DNA of 63,566 bases, the filler included, from Vannella sp. (taxonomy: Eukaryota), in assembly GCA_023345925.1 (NCBI GenBank). It is 5 parts of 5 records of this genome, joined end to end, with 100 filler letters (N's around TTAATTAATTAA, not from the genome) between each part and the next. Parts side by side here need not be neighbours in the genome. Positions count along the whole stretch, not along the records: positions 1 to 30,256 come from JAJQQN010000191.1; 4 more parts are not named here. One strand, 5' to 3'. Positions 11,309-23,400 of the stretch are shown here, in pieces. A model generated the notes under the pieces. The model searched no databases. It worked only from the letters and a program-made list of their open reading frames with translations, and was not told where the DNA came from. Each line of letters opens with the position of its first letter. The stretch's first letter is position 1. The position numbers were made by a program, and so were the translations under genes.

Positions 11309-12744
11309 TCAGCTTGGGAGGCCGACTGGCGGGAATTCGATTTGTCCCATTTCCAATCCTTGAATGGCGAGTAAGGCAGAGTGGAGAGTGACCAGGTAGT
11401 AGCCACGCTCTCTGCTAAGCTCTTCTGAGGGAATGAAGTCTTCCATAAAGTGGCACTCAGAGAAGAGATGCAGAAGTCGGGATTGGATGACAATGTACAT
11501 TAGAATTGGCACTAACTCATCTGCACCTCTACTCCCTCATCAACGACCACCAACTCAAGACAACTATCACTTACATTGACATGGAGTTGATGTCCACCGG
11601 TTCTCCCCGTGATTTGAGTTGATAATGCTCCAACACGGAAGAGTGAATTGCATTGACAGTCTTCTTGAGCCGACTTAGCTTCTTCCAAGGAGACTCCAAG
11701 TCAACGATTCCGCGAAACACTGTCACAGCGGAAGAGTAGGATGGTGAGTAGATGACAGACTCGTGAGGATCCACATCGAGAAGCCAAAGGCGGCGGGGAA
11801 CCCCAAGATGGCTCGGCATTAGAGTAGCGAATTCGCGTAGCTTAATGCAAAGGCCGATATCCTTTTCTTCATACTACATCCTCCTTGTGAGAGACCTGCG
11901 AGCCTCATCCGGACTGGCTCACCTTTCTGTGATAATGACTTTGAATCTCCGAGTAGAAGGGGCAGATGATATTTAAGTCGACAGGGTTGATGCAACAGGA
12001 AAGCTGGGATTCGTACCAATAGAAACAGTCCTCGTACATGGACCGCAACTCTTCCATCAGTCGGTCACGGGTCGCAAGGAGATTTGAGATCCAGTCCAAC
12101 GTAGGATCATTTCCCTCTTGTATGGAGATACACATGCCTCTCTTTCTCCTATTCAGAGGCATTTGTATCTTCGAGAGCCTCAGGGAAGGAAGAGAGAAGT
12201 TCTCCTGACCAGGCACAGAAAAAGGGGACGGCAATCTGACACTCTCCGCGATCTGGAACAGCCAATGGGCTGGGTGATTGAGTAGCAGGTCAAAGAATAA
12301 GAAAGATGTCTTCTTCATCTGCCTGCTGAGGAACTGGAGCAGCAGCAAGTTAGAACGTTCGGTTGCTGACTTGTGAAGCTCAAAGATAGTGCTGACTACT
12401 GATACAAACTCTATCTCAAGGAGTTCTAGACTTCCTTGAGCTTGTATCTGCTTCTCAGGAGGGGCAGGCTGTAGACTGTGCTCCCTCACGTGTAAAAGGA
12501 AGTCAGCGATCTTCTTTGCTAGACGCCTGGCTTCCCACTCGAGTATCCTCTGCCTTGGCGTTGCTATTCGTTGTAGCTTCATCACTGTCTCCTGTTCGTA
12601 AGCTTTCTCCCTTCTTGCAACTAGCACAGATCGCTGGCGCGCCCTCATCCTCGGTCTCGGGGTCTCTTCCTCGTTCAAAGGGAGCGTAGCAACCACACAC
12701 AGCCCTTGATCATCAACTCGACCCTCAGCACCCTCCCGATCCAT
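11309..12744 (-). CDS. VPS9-domain Rab5-family GEF, multi-exon
   Basis: SPWKKLSRL, GADELVPILMYIVIQS and ERGYYLVTLHSAL are VPS9 motifs. Confidence 0.85.
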
Positions 12745-12998
12745 CCGATTTGCCTCTTCTCGGAAGAGAAGAGCAGAAACTGACCAACTCCAGCCCATGC
12801 ACAGACCCTTTTATGGTAAGCGATCGAAAATAAAGCAGAACTATTGGTCTACCCAGATCGTTTCACCGAATCCGCTTTAATAAGAGCTCGGTCCAAAGGT
12901 GAAGGAAAAGAGTGCTCTGCTCATATGCCTTTGAAATCGAGTCTTTCCAAGACCCAGCAAGCGATTTACAAGTAAGTTGATCATTATTAGGTGGTCTG

Positions 12999-13487
12999 AT
13001 GCCCACCTGGGTCGATGTTGAGGACCGGCGGTCCGAGGAAGAGGTTCTGGCGGCGGGGAGGAGGGAGGATCGGCATCAGAGGACGATTTATATCTGTCAT
13101 GGAGTGACTGTGTCGATGGTTCTGCTCTCCATCTTGCTCCGTTCGTTTGCTCTTCTGCTTCCGTTGATTGTTGTCACTTCATCCTTCACTGAGCTTCGCT
13201 ATCAGCGTCGCAGGGACGTTCCTTTGGTGCTACTTAGCTGTATCTCGATTGTGGCGTTGGTAACGGGCTGGTCTGTGGTGTTTGGGCTCATCCCAGCAAC
13301 ATCCATGATGTGGACCTTCCGTGCGATCCTCCTTTGCTCGTATCTTCTCCTTTTCCTTCTCCACATAGTAGCTGCAGGACTCTCTGCCAAAGCTGGTTGG
13401 AATGGGCCTCCGAGAGAATCACAGAAAGAGGAACGAGTGACATCCTTTCCCCAGAACGCTCCATTATCATCCCAATTCCCCTTTTGA
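12999..13487 (+). CDS. Hypothetical small multi-pass membrane protein
   Basis: 162-aa ORF with about four hydrophobic segments. Confidence 0.55.
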   Translation: MPTWVDVEDRRSEEEVLAAGRREDRHQRTIYICHGVTVSMVLLSILLRSFALLLPLIVVTSSFTELRYQRRRDVPLVLLSCISIVALVTGWSVVFGLIPATSMMWTFRAILLCSYLLLFLLHIVAAGLSAKAGWNGPPRESQKEERVTSFPQNAPLSSQFPF

Positions 13488-13584
13488 CAACATGTGCAGG
13501 TGTTTACTTATGACTAGCAACCTTGGAATCCCATGGGACTGGGAGGGGCTTGGTCTGGGTGTTGATTGACGAAGGGGTTTTCGC

Positions 13585-16170
13585 TTATTTGATGCAAAAC
13601 CGCTTTTTGATCTTCCGGCGGAGGTCACTCTTGGAAAGGTTGTTCTTTGAAGAGTATAGGAAGCGTAGTTGAGCGAGATTGAAGATGGATTCGTGCAGAG
13701 AAGTCAATTTGTTGTTGCTCACGTCCAACTGACTGAGTTGTCGGATGCATTGGAAAGAAGGTAACTGCTCCAATTGATTGTAGCTTACATCCAAATGCAA
13801 CAAACTCTCCAGCTTTGCAATCTCCGGAGGAAGCTCCGTAAAGGAGTTGTGTGCAGCATCCAGAGTCCGTAGACCTGTCAGGCTTATGATCTCTGTAGGA
13901 AACTGGCTGAATCTATTGCTTCCAATGTCCAACTCTACGAGGAAGCGTAGCTTGTTGATATTGAGTGGGAGACGAGTCAGACCAGTGTCGCAGACATTGA
14001 GTGACTGGAGATGCGTTATCTGGGAAATCCTGTCGGGCAAGTCTCCCAATGGAATGTGAGCCACATCCAGTCTCTGGAGTCTCTTCAGGTTATAAATAGG
14101 CTCAGGAATCTTGTTCATGGGGTTCCTGTTAAGACTAATCGATTGAAGATTTCTGGGCAAAGGCTCCTTGATATCTGAAGGGAGTTAGCCTCAAGTCTCC
14201 TAAACAAGTTACTGCGTATTACCAGATATCTGGCAGTTGCCAAAGCGGAGGATATTGAGGAACTCAAGATCCTCCAAGTGCGAAGGAAGCCTTTTCAGTG
14301 GATTGAAAGACCCATCAAAGACTCGCAAGCTGTGAAGCGACCGGAAGCTCTCAAGAGACGCGATTTGGTTTCTAATTCGAAGGTCAGAGTACTTCCATGA
14401 CCAAATAGTAACTCACCGAGCTACTTCAAAGCGTCGGAGTAAGGACAGTCTTTGAAGAAGGTTATTGGGCAGCTTAGAGAGTTGATTGTTTGATAGCAAC
14501 AGAGAAACTAACTTGTGGCAAGTAGCAATCGAGGAAGGAATCTCTTTCAGTCCATTTCCATACAAATTGAGATAAATGAGATGCGGCATCTCAAGGAAAG
14601 TCTCTGAGATAGTGACGAGTCTGTTTGACTTTAAATTGAGATAGAGGAGATCTGGGAGGCTAACAGGTGGGAAGCGCTCCAATTGGTTTCCGGACAAGTC
14701 CAACAATTGGAGGGAATGCGGAAACGTTCCAAGGCCATCGTTGGGATCCTCAGGCACTTGTGAGATCATGTTATCACTCAAAACCAAGAATTTAAGGTAG
14801 GAAAGCCGCCGCAACTCGACAGGGACTTGAGTGAGCCCTGCTTTACTGATGTGGACGGAAGTCACTCCACCGAACCTCAGAAGAGACTGAGAGGGAAAAC
14901 GCCATCCCGAAATTGGTGCTTTACTATCTATGAAGGCATCCGCAGTGAGATAGATGCTCTTCAGACGGTTCAAGTCGGATAAGTTTCCAAGTTCCAAGTC
15001 AAAGATGCATTCGTCAGATGAATGGAGCATCTGTGCTGATGAAAGTTTGTTCACTTTAGCTTCAGAAGCTACCTCGTACCCTCCCATTGGAGAGGGGCGT
15101 TTGTAGGAGAGACGGGAGGCGTTGGGGTTGACGAATGTCGGTTCCGAAGCTAAAGGAGAGTGTGTTCCTGAGGTTTGTTGTTCAGTTACAGATACTAACT
15201 GCTCTGTTTCCTCTGATTCTTCATATTCAGACTCCATTGCAGCGTCCTCATCATCACTTTCTCGTTCCGTAACTGCCGCTAAGAGTTCGTCCATTGCAGA
15301 AGGCAGGGCGACTTCCATGGGCTCTTCAGCAATGTCAATTGAGGGCCCAGACTCTACAACTGGAAGAGGAGCAGCAGGAGCGGTTGCTGGAGGGGTGGTT
15401 TCGCTAACTTCCACTGTCCGAAGGCGCCAGCCCACCAAGCCTTCATCAAAGTCCGAGCGCTTCTCTGTCGCTGCGAGGAAGTCTTCCAGAAAGATCATAC
15501 GCATCTGGCAGCCTCCAATCCGCACTTTGCCTGACGTCATCTTCATCCCGGCCACTTTCGTTGGAACAAAGGGGTCGTACACAGCCAGCATCGGGTTCTC
15601 TGTGCAGCTGAGACTCATAACTAACAGACTATTACCTCCAGCAACATCTCCTACGAGCACAAAGCCATGCTGCATGGGAAGAGTCAAGTCGCCCCCAGCG
15701 CAATGGTGTGCTAAGCGCTTTGGCGGCTCCCGCGCGAGGAAGATATCCTTAATAGACTTGGTGATACCCATTCGGATGGGGAGCTGCTGTTGGGAAGCCG
15801 GATCTCTGAACAGAGGGAGAAGACAGACCAACTCCTCGTCCTCCTTCCACCGGCTGTGTTGGAGGAACTGGACTGTTGATAGGTTCTGATGAAAGGGGGA
15901 CTCCTTCTTAGTGATGATATCATTCACCAGCGTGCTAAAGGAGAACGAAAAGTCCTTGGAATTGGCATGGGGAATGGCACCGAGGCAGAAGGGAAAGTCG
16001 GTAGCGTTCTTGGCCCCTTTAGCGCTATCTGCAACGATCTGAGGGTCTACCGCAAAGTCTCCAAAAGAAGCTTCAGCAAAGAAAGCCTCCTGGGTCTTCT
16101 CTGTCGCACCCAACCGCCCCAACTGCAACAGCGACGCCACAGACAACGCTCCAATCCCGCTGTCCGCCAT
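13585..16170 (-). CDS. Leucine-rich repeat protein with a distinct N-terminal domain (possibly SMI1/KNR4-like) and an acidic linker; two introns near 14178-14417
   Basis: Many LxxLxLxxN repeats (e.g. LQLLDLSGNQLERFP, LVELDIGSNRFSQFP) across two long ORFs, with a small exon between them. Confidence 0.85.
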
Positions 16171-17416
16171 CCGCCAACAAAGAATGCTTCCAAGAAATGA
16201 TTCCATTCAAATGCCGGGCTCCAAAGTGAATGGGCGAAAAAAAAGAAAAAGGCGGGAAAAGGGCAGAAAGGGCGGGAAAAGGGCAGAGAGGGCGGAAAAA
16301 AGACTTTTGCAAGTTCGCGGTATTCTCAGTTGATTGGTTGGTGGGGGGAATGCAGGAAAAGGGCGGGAAGAAAGTGGAATGTGCACAAGAACATGCCCAT
16401 GGGGATCGCAGTATGCAGTATCGATTGGTTGGTTGAGGGAAGCGAAAGTGCAGTGTTCTGTGAGGTGTATTTTGTAACTCTCTGGTGATGGAAGCTATCT
16501 CTGCTGCTCCGCCTGCTCCGACTCCTAACTACGCGAGAATCAAACGAAGGCTCTTCATCGCGCATGATTCTTTTCAAACAAGCCTCTGGCTGGAGCAAAA
16601 GCTGAAAGATCTCCGTTAACCTTCCACAACCTGGCCTCTGTACAGCAACTAAATGTGAACCTTGCCTTGTTCTAGTTCCACGATGTCTCATTCTTCGTGC
16701 TTCCGAGGGATTCATCCGATGGAAAGGATTCAACTCTTGCATTCAAAATGAAGTCAACGCAAACACGACTCCCTGGACATAATGATTATTATGTAATTAT
16801 GATGAGCCGTTGAGGGTCCATTTCTTATTCTTCTGGGGAGGAGCAACACACTCCGAAGGGCACGACCATGACCTCAGCTCTCCTTTGAATGCCTTTCGTC
16901 TGTGACCTTTGCACAAAGAGCTGTACGAATGATCGAGAGCAGGTGGGTGGAAGTCTGACTCTCGATCATGAGCTCCTCCATTGATCTCAGAACCATTGTT
17001 GTGCGTCTCACTCTTGTCTGGATAAGGCTCGAGTTCCTCCCCCAGACATTCTTTCCACAAGAGGAGAACGACTCCACTCTCATTTATAGCTTGAAGGACC
17101 TTCCGTCCTCAAAACATCTCTCTGCCAGTCCGAGTCTCCCGAAGGATACCTTCCGCGCTCAAACTACTCTTTTATATGTACTACTTTCAATCAAGCATAG
17201 ATGAGGTCCTTCTCAACCGCCCACTTCTAGTGGAGCGGCCAGAAAGGGCAAAAACAATCCAAAAGAAGGGAAATGCTTGAAGAGGTGGATGGTTGACACC
17301 CAGAAGAGCTTCAGACTGGCTTTTCATTGGCTGCCTTTCACTTCCCCTCACTTCCCCTTTCTTCCCCAAGCCGCTTGAGGGAAGAGAGAAACTTCATTTT
17401 TTTTCTTGCTTCGAGG

Positions 17417-20400
17417 ATGGCTCCAACTTTGCCCTGCAGGTTTGGGAACGGATGCCGCTTCAAAGCTACTTGTACCTTCGCTCATTTGGACCAACCTTGT
17501 CCTGTTGGGAAGGGCTGTAAACAGTTCTCCTGCGAGTTGGATCACCCGAACGGCCGAACCCCCAAGTGTAGGAATGGGGAGGCTTGTCACACTCCAAACT
17601 GTTGGGCTCTCCATCCCAACAGGGATGGCAACCACGCTCCGACCACTCCACGTCAAGCGAACGTCCCGGCTGCCGCTAGACCAACCACTCCACGTCAAAC
17701 AAACGTCCCAGCTGCCTCAAGACCAACCACTCCACGTCAAGCGAACATCCCAACTGCCCCTAAACCAACTACTCCACGCCAATCGAACGCCTACAACCGC
17801 CCTGCTTCTTCAGAGAAGCCTCAGAACAAGTTCATGCCTAAGAAGGAGCCTTCTACGGTGCCTCAACCTTTTAGTCTGGATGACGACGACTCTGATGAGG
17901 ACCTGGAAGAGTCCTTTACTCGTACTCTTCGCATTCACGGACAGGAAGAGGAAGAGGAAGAAGATGAGGAGTACCTTGGACCTCCTGCGTGCTTCCGTGG
18001 TGGTGATTGCGCCAAGAAAGAGTGCAAGTTCGTTCATCCTGCATCCCGAGTTCTCTGTGAAGCTTGGGGGGATTGTCAAGATACTGAGTGCACGGCTGTT
18101 CATCCTCAAGCCCGTAAGAAGCCTTGTAGGAACAAGATGAAGTGTGGCTACCTCAATTGCTTCTTCAAGCATCCTGCTGGGTGGTCTCCATGTCCTGAAG
18201 GCAAGATGTGCGTCAATCTGACTTGTCCCTTTCCTCATCCTCCAACCCGCACTCAAGTGTGTGGCTCTGGTCTAGCCTGCCGAGATTCTGAATGCGGGAG
18301 ATTGCATCCAGATGACTGGGATCCTAACGGCATCACTCAAGAATCACAGAGAGTCCGGAATTTGAAGTCCTTTGACCAACGCCAGCAAGAACGCATCGAG
18401 GCCGGACTTCCAATCCTTCAATGCCGTGAAGAATTTCTCAGGCGGCTAAAGAGAGAGAAGGTTTTGGTAGTTACTGCTGCCACTGGGTCCGGAAAAACCA
18501 CTCAATTGCCTCAGTATGCAGCGGAAAGTGACGAATTTGACCAGACAAAGCTGATTGTGTGCACTCAGCCTCGAGCCATCGCAGCTAGAACCATCTCACA
18601 ACGAATTGGAGAAGAGTTCGATGGAACTGGAGTTGGTGACAATGTTGGATTCAAAGCAGGAGGCTCCAAATCAACTGCCGGAAAACGCATCATGCTCATG
18701 ACGGACTCTGCTCTCATCTCTGAAGCCCAGAAGGACCCCAAATTGAGCAAGATATCAGTTTTGATCATCGATGAGGCCCATGAAAGATCTCTAAACACTG
18801 ATATCGTCCTTGGTATTGCTAAGCTGGTCCTGGCCCAGCGACCAAACGACTTTTACGTCGTCATTGCCTCTGCAACCATCGACCCGAAGCCATTCTTTTG
18901 CTTTTTCTTTGATCTGTCAGAGCACGATCCTTCCATTAGTGGGTATGACGACGACTTTGCCTCCGTCCAAGCACCAAGTCCGTTTGCTCGTCAATTCAAG
19001 TATCATCCTCTGAAGGTTCCTGGCCGCCTGTATCCTGTTACTATCGAGAACGTGGATGTGAAGGATAAGAAGGTCAAAGACGTCCTTATTCCTAAATTGG
19101 TGGAAGTTCTGGAACACCAAACTCGCGGCCATTGCTTAGTGTTCCTCCAAGGAAGTGGGGAAGTAGAAAAAGCTATCAAAGACTTCCAAACTGTCGCCAA
19201 ACCGAATTGGAACGCACTGCCCCTCTACGGACCTTTGCCTCCAGAGGAACAACAAAAGGTGATGAAGTTCAACGATGAGAATGGCACTCAGCGAATGATT
19301 GTTTTCTGCACCAATGTGGCAGAGACTTCTCTGACAGTTCCTGGGGTTCGCATTGTTGTGGATGTGGGACTTGCAAAGGAAGCCCGCTATGACCCGAAAA
19401 GGCGAATGACTGTCTTGGAAGAGGTTCTGATTTCTCAATCGAGTGCTGACCAGAGGAAGGGCCGTGCTGGGAGAACTTCAGAAGGATACTGCCTCCGATT
19501 GTACTCTCCTGATGACATCACAAGGTCCAGTATCGAGCCAGAGATCTTGCGCTCATCCTTAGATCTTGTGATTCTTCAGCTGGCCTGTCTTGGCCACAAC
19601 CCACGGTCTTTCCCATTCATCTCTAAACCCCCGCAAGAGAACATAGACGGCTCTATCACAGTGCTCCAACGCTTGGAATGTCTGGATAGGAACATGAGGG
19701 TAACTCCCCGTGGAGAGATGTTCAATCAAATGCCATTCGATCCCCGAACAAGCTTCTTCATCGCCAATTGCTTCGAGAAGTATGGACATGGCCAATGCGC
19801 CCTCGAGATAGCCTCCATAATGAGTGCACCAGGATCCATCTTCTTTATGGGAGGTAAAGACAAGAAGACAAAAGACGAAAATAAGCTTCGCCGAGCCGCC
19901 GCTGCAGTCGAAGGAGGGAGCAACTCTGATCTCTTGTATATGAGAAGTGTTTACAATGAGTGGAAGAAGGTTGGAGCCACTGATAGCTTCTCCAAGACTT
20001 GCCCTCAATGCAAAGCTGTCTCCAAACAGGGCAATTGTAGGAAGTGCCAAATCAAGTACACAATGGAGAACAGTCTTAACTCCAAGGTCCTGAACATTGT
20101 GGCTTCCACTGTGGACGAAGTGATGAGAACCCTGAAGCAGCGAAGGATGTCTCAAGTTGCGGTGGATTGCGTTGAGGCAGAAGCAGTGGGACGAGCGCTC
20201 TCTTTAGCATACGAAGAACAACTAGCAGAGTTCCTAGCTCCAAATGATCCCAAAGCTGGTGTCCACATCATGGACAGCGGAATGCAAGCTTCAGTTGCCA
20301 ACACTTCCGCCCTTTCCCGAGGCCCTCCCAAAGGAAAGAAACTCATCATTGTCATGAACATCTCCCAAACCCCCACTGGACGTATCTTTGCAGACAGCTT

Positions 20401-23400
20401 GCACTCTCTGGACCATTCCTGGTTGACGAGCCGATTGCAGGAACTTGTCCGGAAGAAGTCCATCGACATGAAACGCTGCTTCTCCCAAGAGAACCTCAAT
20501 TTCCGTTTCCAGAGATCCTTAGCAAAGCACTTCCAAGAGCTTGTGGCCACACGAACCAGCCATGCCCGGGAATATGGATTGATAGTGACCCACCATAGTC
20601 AATCTACTATGACCCTGTCCGTGTTTGCGCCGGCTGTAATAGCCAAGGAAGTAGCCAAGATATCCCAAGATCATATTGAGGCACTGATGCAAGAGGAACT
20701 GGACTATGAAGCGGACAGAATCGTCGGGAGAGGCTGCGCTGTGGCAAGGTTTACCTCCGGCTTTGTCCTGGACTCCTTGGAAGATGTGGGGTTCGGCAGC
20801 CGCATTCGAATGGAGTCTCTTGATAATCACATCAAGACGCCAGAGTTACTGGAGAAGTGGGTGTGCAACCTCAGTGGAATCAAGCCTAATGACATCAAGT
20901 ACTCCTCGCTTAAGGATGGGGTGGGAATCGTTGTGTTCAAATCTCCAGGCATTGCTGATAAGGTGAAGAACAAGATCCAAGCTGACCCCAGACACGCAGC
21001 CTGTCTGAGTTTCTCGACGTCTGCCAAAGAAACTCTTGGCCGGATGGTTCTGTGGAGAGTTGCAGGACAAGTTCCTCCCATTCCTGACAGTTTCAAGAAC
21101 CGTTTATCGTGCAAGAGACTCGGTAAAGAGCAAGCACCAGAGATTTCTCTCAAACTGGACGGTCTGCATGCCACTGTCTCCATCCCACTGATTCTTTCCT
21201 CACTTGGAAGCCCAAAGTGCACTATCGAACCACTAAAACCGGCTCGCGGACAGGATTCTGTGTGGACCGTCGTCAAGTTCAACAACATGGATGAGTACAA
21301 CAGAGCCGTCTCTCAGTTTCCCCAATCATATCTTGCTAGGACCGCTCACTGCATTTCTGGGACAAACAAAGCTGGGAAGAGCTACACTGGCAAGTCAATC
21401 TTGCCAAGGATGAGCGCATTTACTCCCAAGGAACGGCCAAACACCTATTCAGTCATCTGCAATAGTCCAACCGATGCAGACAACTTTTGCCGTTTCATTG
21501 AGCAGTCTGGCTCGGGGCAGATGGGAGTGGCAAGAGGAGAATCGCTGGTTGAAATCGAACGCTCTCATCTTCTTGAATTGACGACGATCCTAGCTAACAT
21601 TGAAAGCCGCTTCAACTGCAAGACCGAGATCCAGAGAATCGATAACACGAACAAGAAGTATCAAAACCGGCAAGGATCCGCCAGCACTTGCAGGGTAAAG
21701 ATTTCCGGTCAAGAGCCATCCCGCTGTGGAGCAGCAGCTCAGTTATTGATGTCATGCACCTCACCTATTAAGTGGATTCCCCACGATGTCACTGTTAAGG
21801 CCATGTTGCAGGAGCTAGTCGACATTGGATTCATCAAACAGAGGGCAGGAAGGCTCGAAATAACTCAGCTTATTGACAAACGAGAGAAGACTGTCTACGG
21901 TCTAACAGTGTATGGAAGCGGACAGGAGCAAGGCCGCTTCATGGGAGAGATTCGGAACTACATTGACAAGTTCAACGCCCGATTTAGACTTGTGAAGGTC
22001 GACCCCGCTCTCACCAATCAGTTCCGTTTTAAGGATAGTTTGGGACTTGCTGCGATGGACGAAATCGAAGGGAAGATGAACGAAACGGTTTCAATCACTT
22101 ACAGCTTTATTGTCAAGTCACTCCAATTGCTTGTCAGTCCCAGATTCGCCAGTTCTGCTGAAAAGATTCTCAAGAAGTGTGAAGAGCTCATCTATCAAGA
22201 CTTCTTTGTTCCTTTTGGTGGAAAGAAAGTGGATGACAACTCCAAATGCGTTTACTGCCACTCCGCATCTGGCACGCCTTTCCGCATTTGTGGCCATCGT
22301 CACTGCGATAACTGCTTTGTGAGTTCAACTAAAGAGGCCGCAGAAGCAGGACAGTTCCCGATAAGCTGTCCCAGCTGCCGGACTCCCGTCCACATTATTG
22401 ATCTCCGCAACGCTCTGGGAGATAACTTTGAGAAAGTTGCCGAATCAGCCACAAGATCCTTCATCTCCCAGAATCCTGATAGCCAGCACATGATGTGCCC
22501 CTCGGGCAAGTGCGGTGCAATTGTCAGTAGGAATGGTAGTTACGGTCGATGCATCTCGTGTGGTGACGAATACTGCCCGAAATGTCTGACAGTCAATGAT
22601 GCTCTCCATTTGAATCTCTCTTGCGTTGAGTACAAAGCAGCCATCGGATACTGCAAGAACTTCCCCAAAGAAAAGCTATTCCAAGAAGCAAGGGAGTGGG
22701 CACATTCGAACTGGGCTCCCGACATGCCCAAGATTGTGGGGATTTACGATAACCCCGGAGTACTGAACGGGTGCATGGCAATGCAGCGCTTCTGTGGAGG
22801 ATTGAACGCCGTTTATCCTGGCATTCTTCCAGAACGCCTATTCCAACTCTCCATGTTTACCTGGCACGGCTCCTCGGAAGAAGGAGTGGCCAGTATCTGT
22901 TCGGAAGGCTTCTCTCCACAATTCAGAAGCGGCCAGGCTTACGGCCCAGGAGAATACTTTGGCTTTTCCAGTTCCGTCTCCAGAGGGTTTTGTAAGAACA
23001 ACAGTTCTCACATGATTGTCGGGATGATCCTCAACAAGATTCCCGAATTCTCATCCCACTCAACCTACTGCTATGTTGTTAACAATCCCATTGACTTCAA
23101 GATATCTTACTGCCTCCCAGTTTCGGTCGTCAATTTCGGAACCATGCGAGTGCCAAACTTTAAGCTCCAGCCTACCGTTTTGCTTCCGTATCCCTGGAAT
23201 CTCATCTTCCAGAGGAGTGGGCAAGCTGGGCTTGACGATGAAGAGGAAGGTGGCAAAGTCGGCTGGGTTTCCCCATTCCGCTGGAGGTGGCAGACAGATA
23301 AAGGAGCGATGGAATGCTACACGGACACCATCAACGCGCTGATGGAAACCTATTTTGCCCAGTTTCTCAGCAAACGCATCGTCGAATTCCACACTCCGGC

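Noticed and set aside
16326..17204. Several short ORFs between the LRR gene and the giant helicase gene
   Set aside because: No recognisable motifs and no consistent splice model; a small gene cannot be excluded.
17639..17788. Regularly spaced repeats resembling a CRISPR array
   Set aside because: An in-frame 42-bp coding tandem repeat with similar 'spacers', in a eukaryotic gene with no cas genes.
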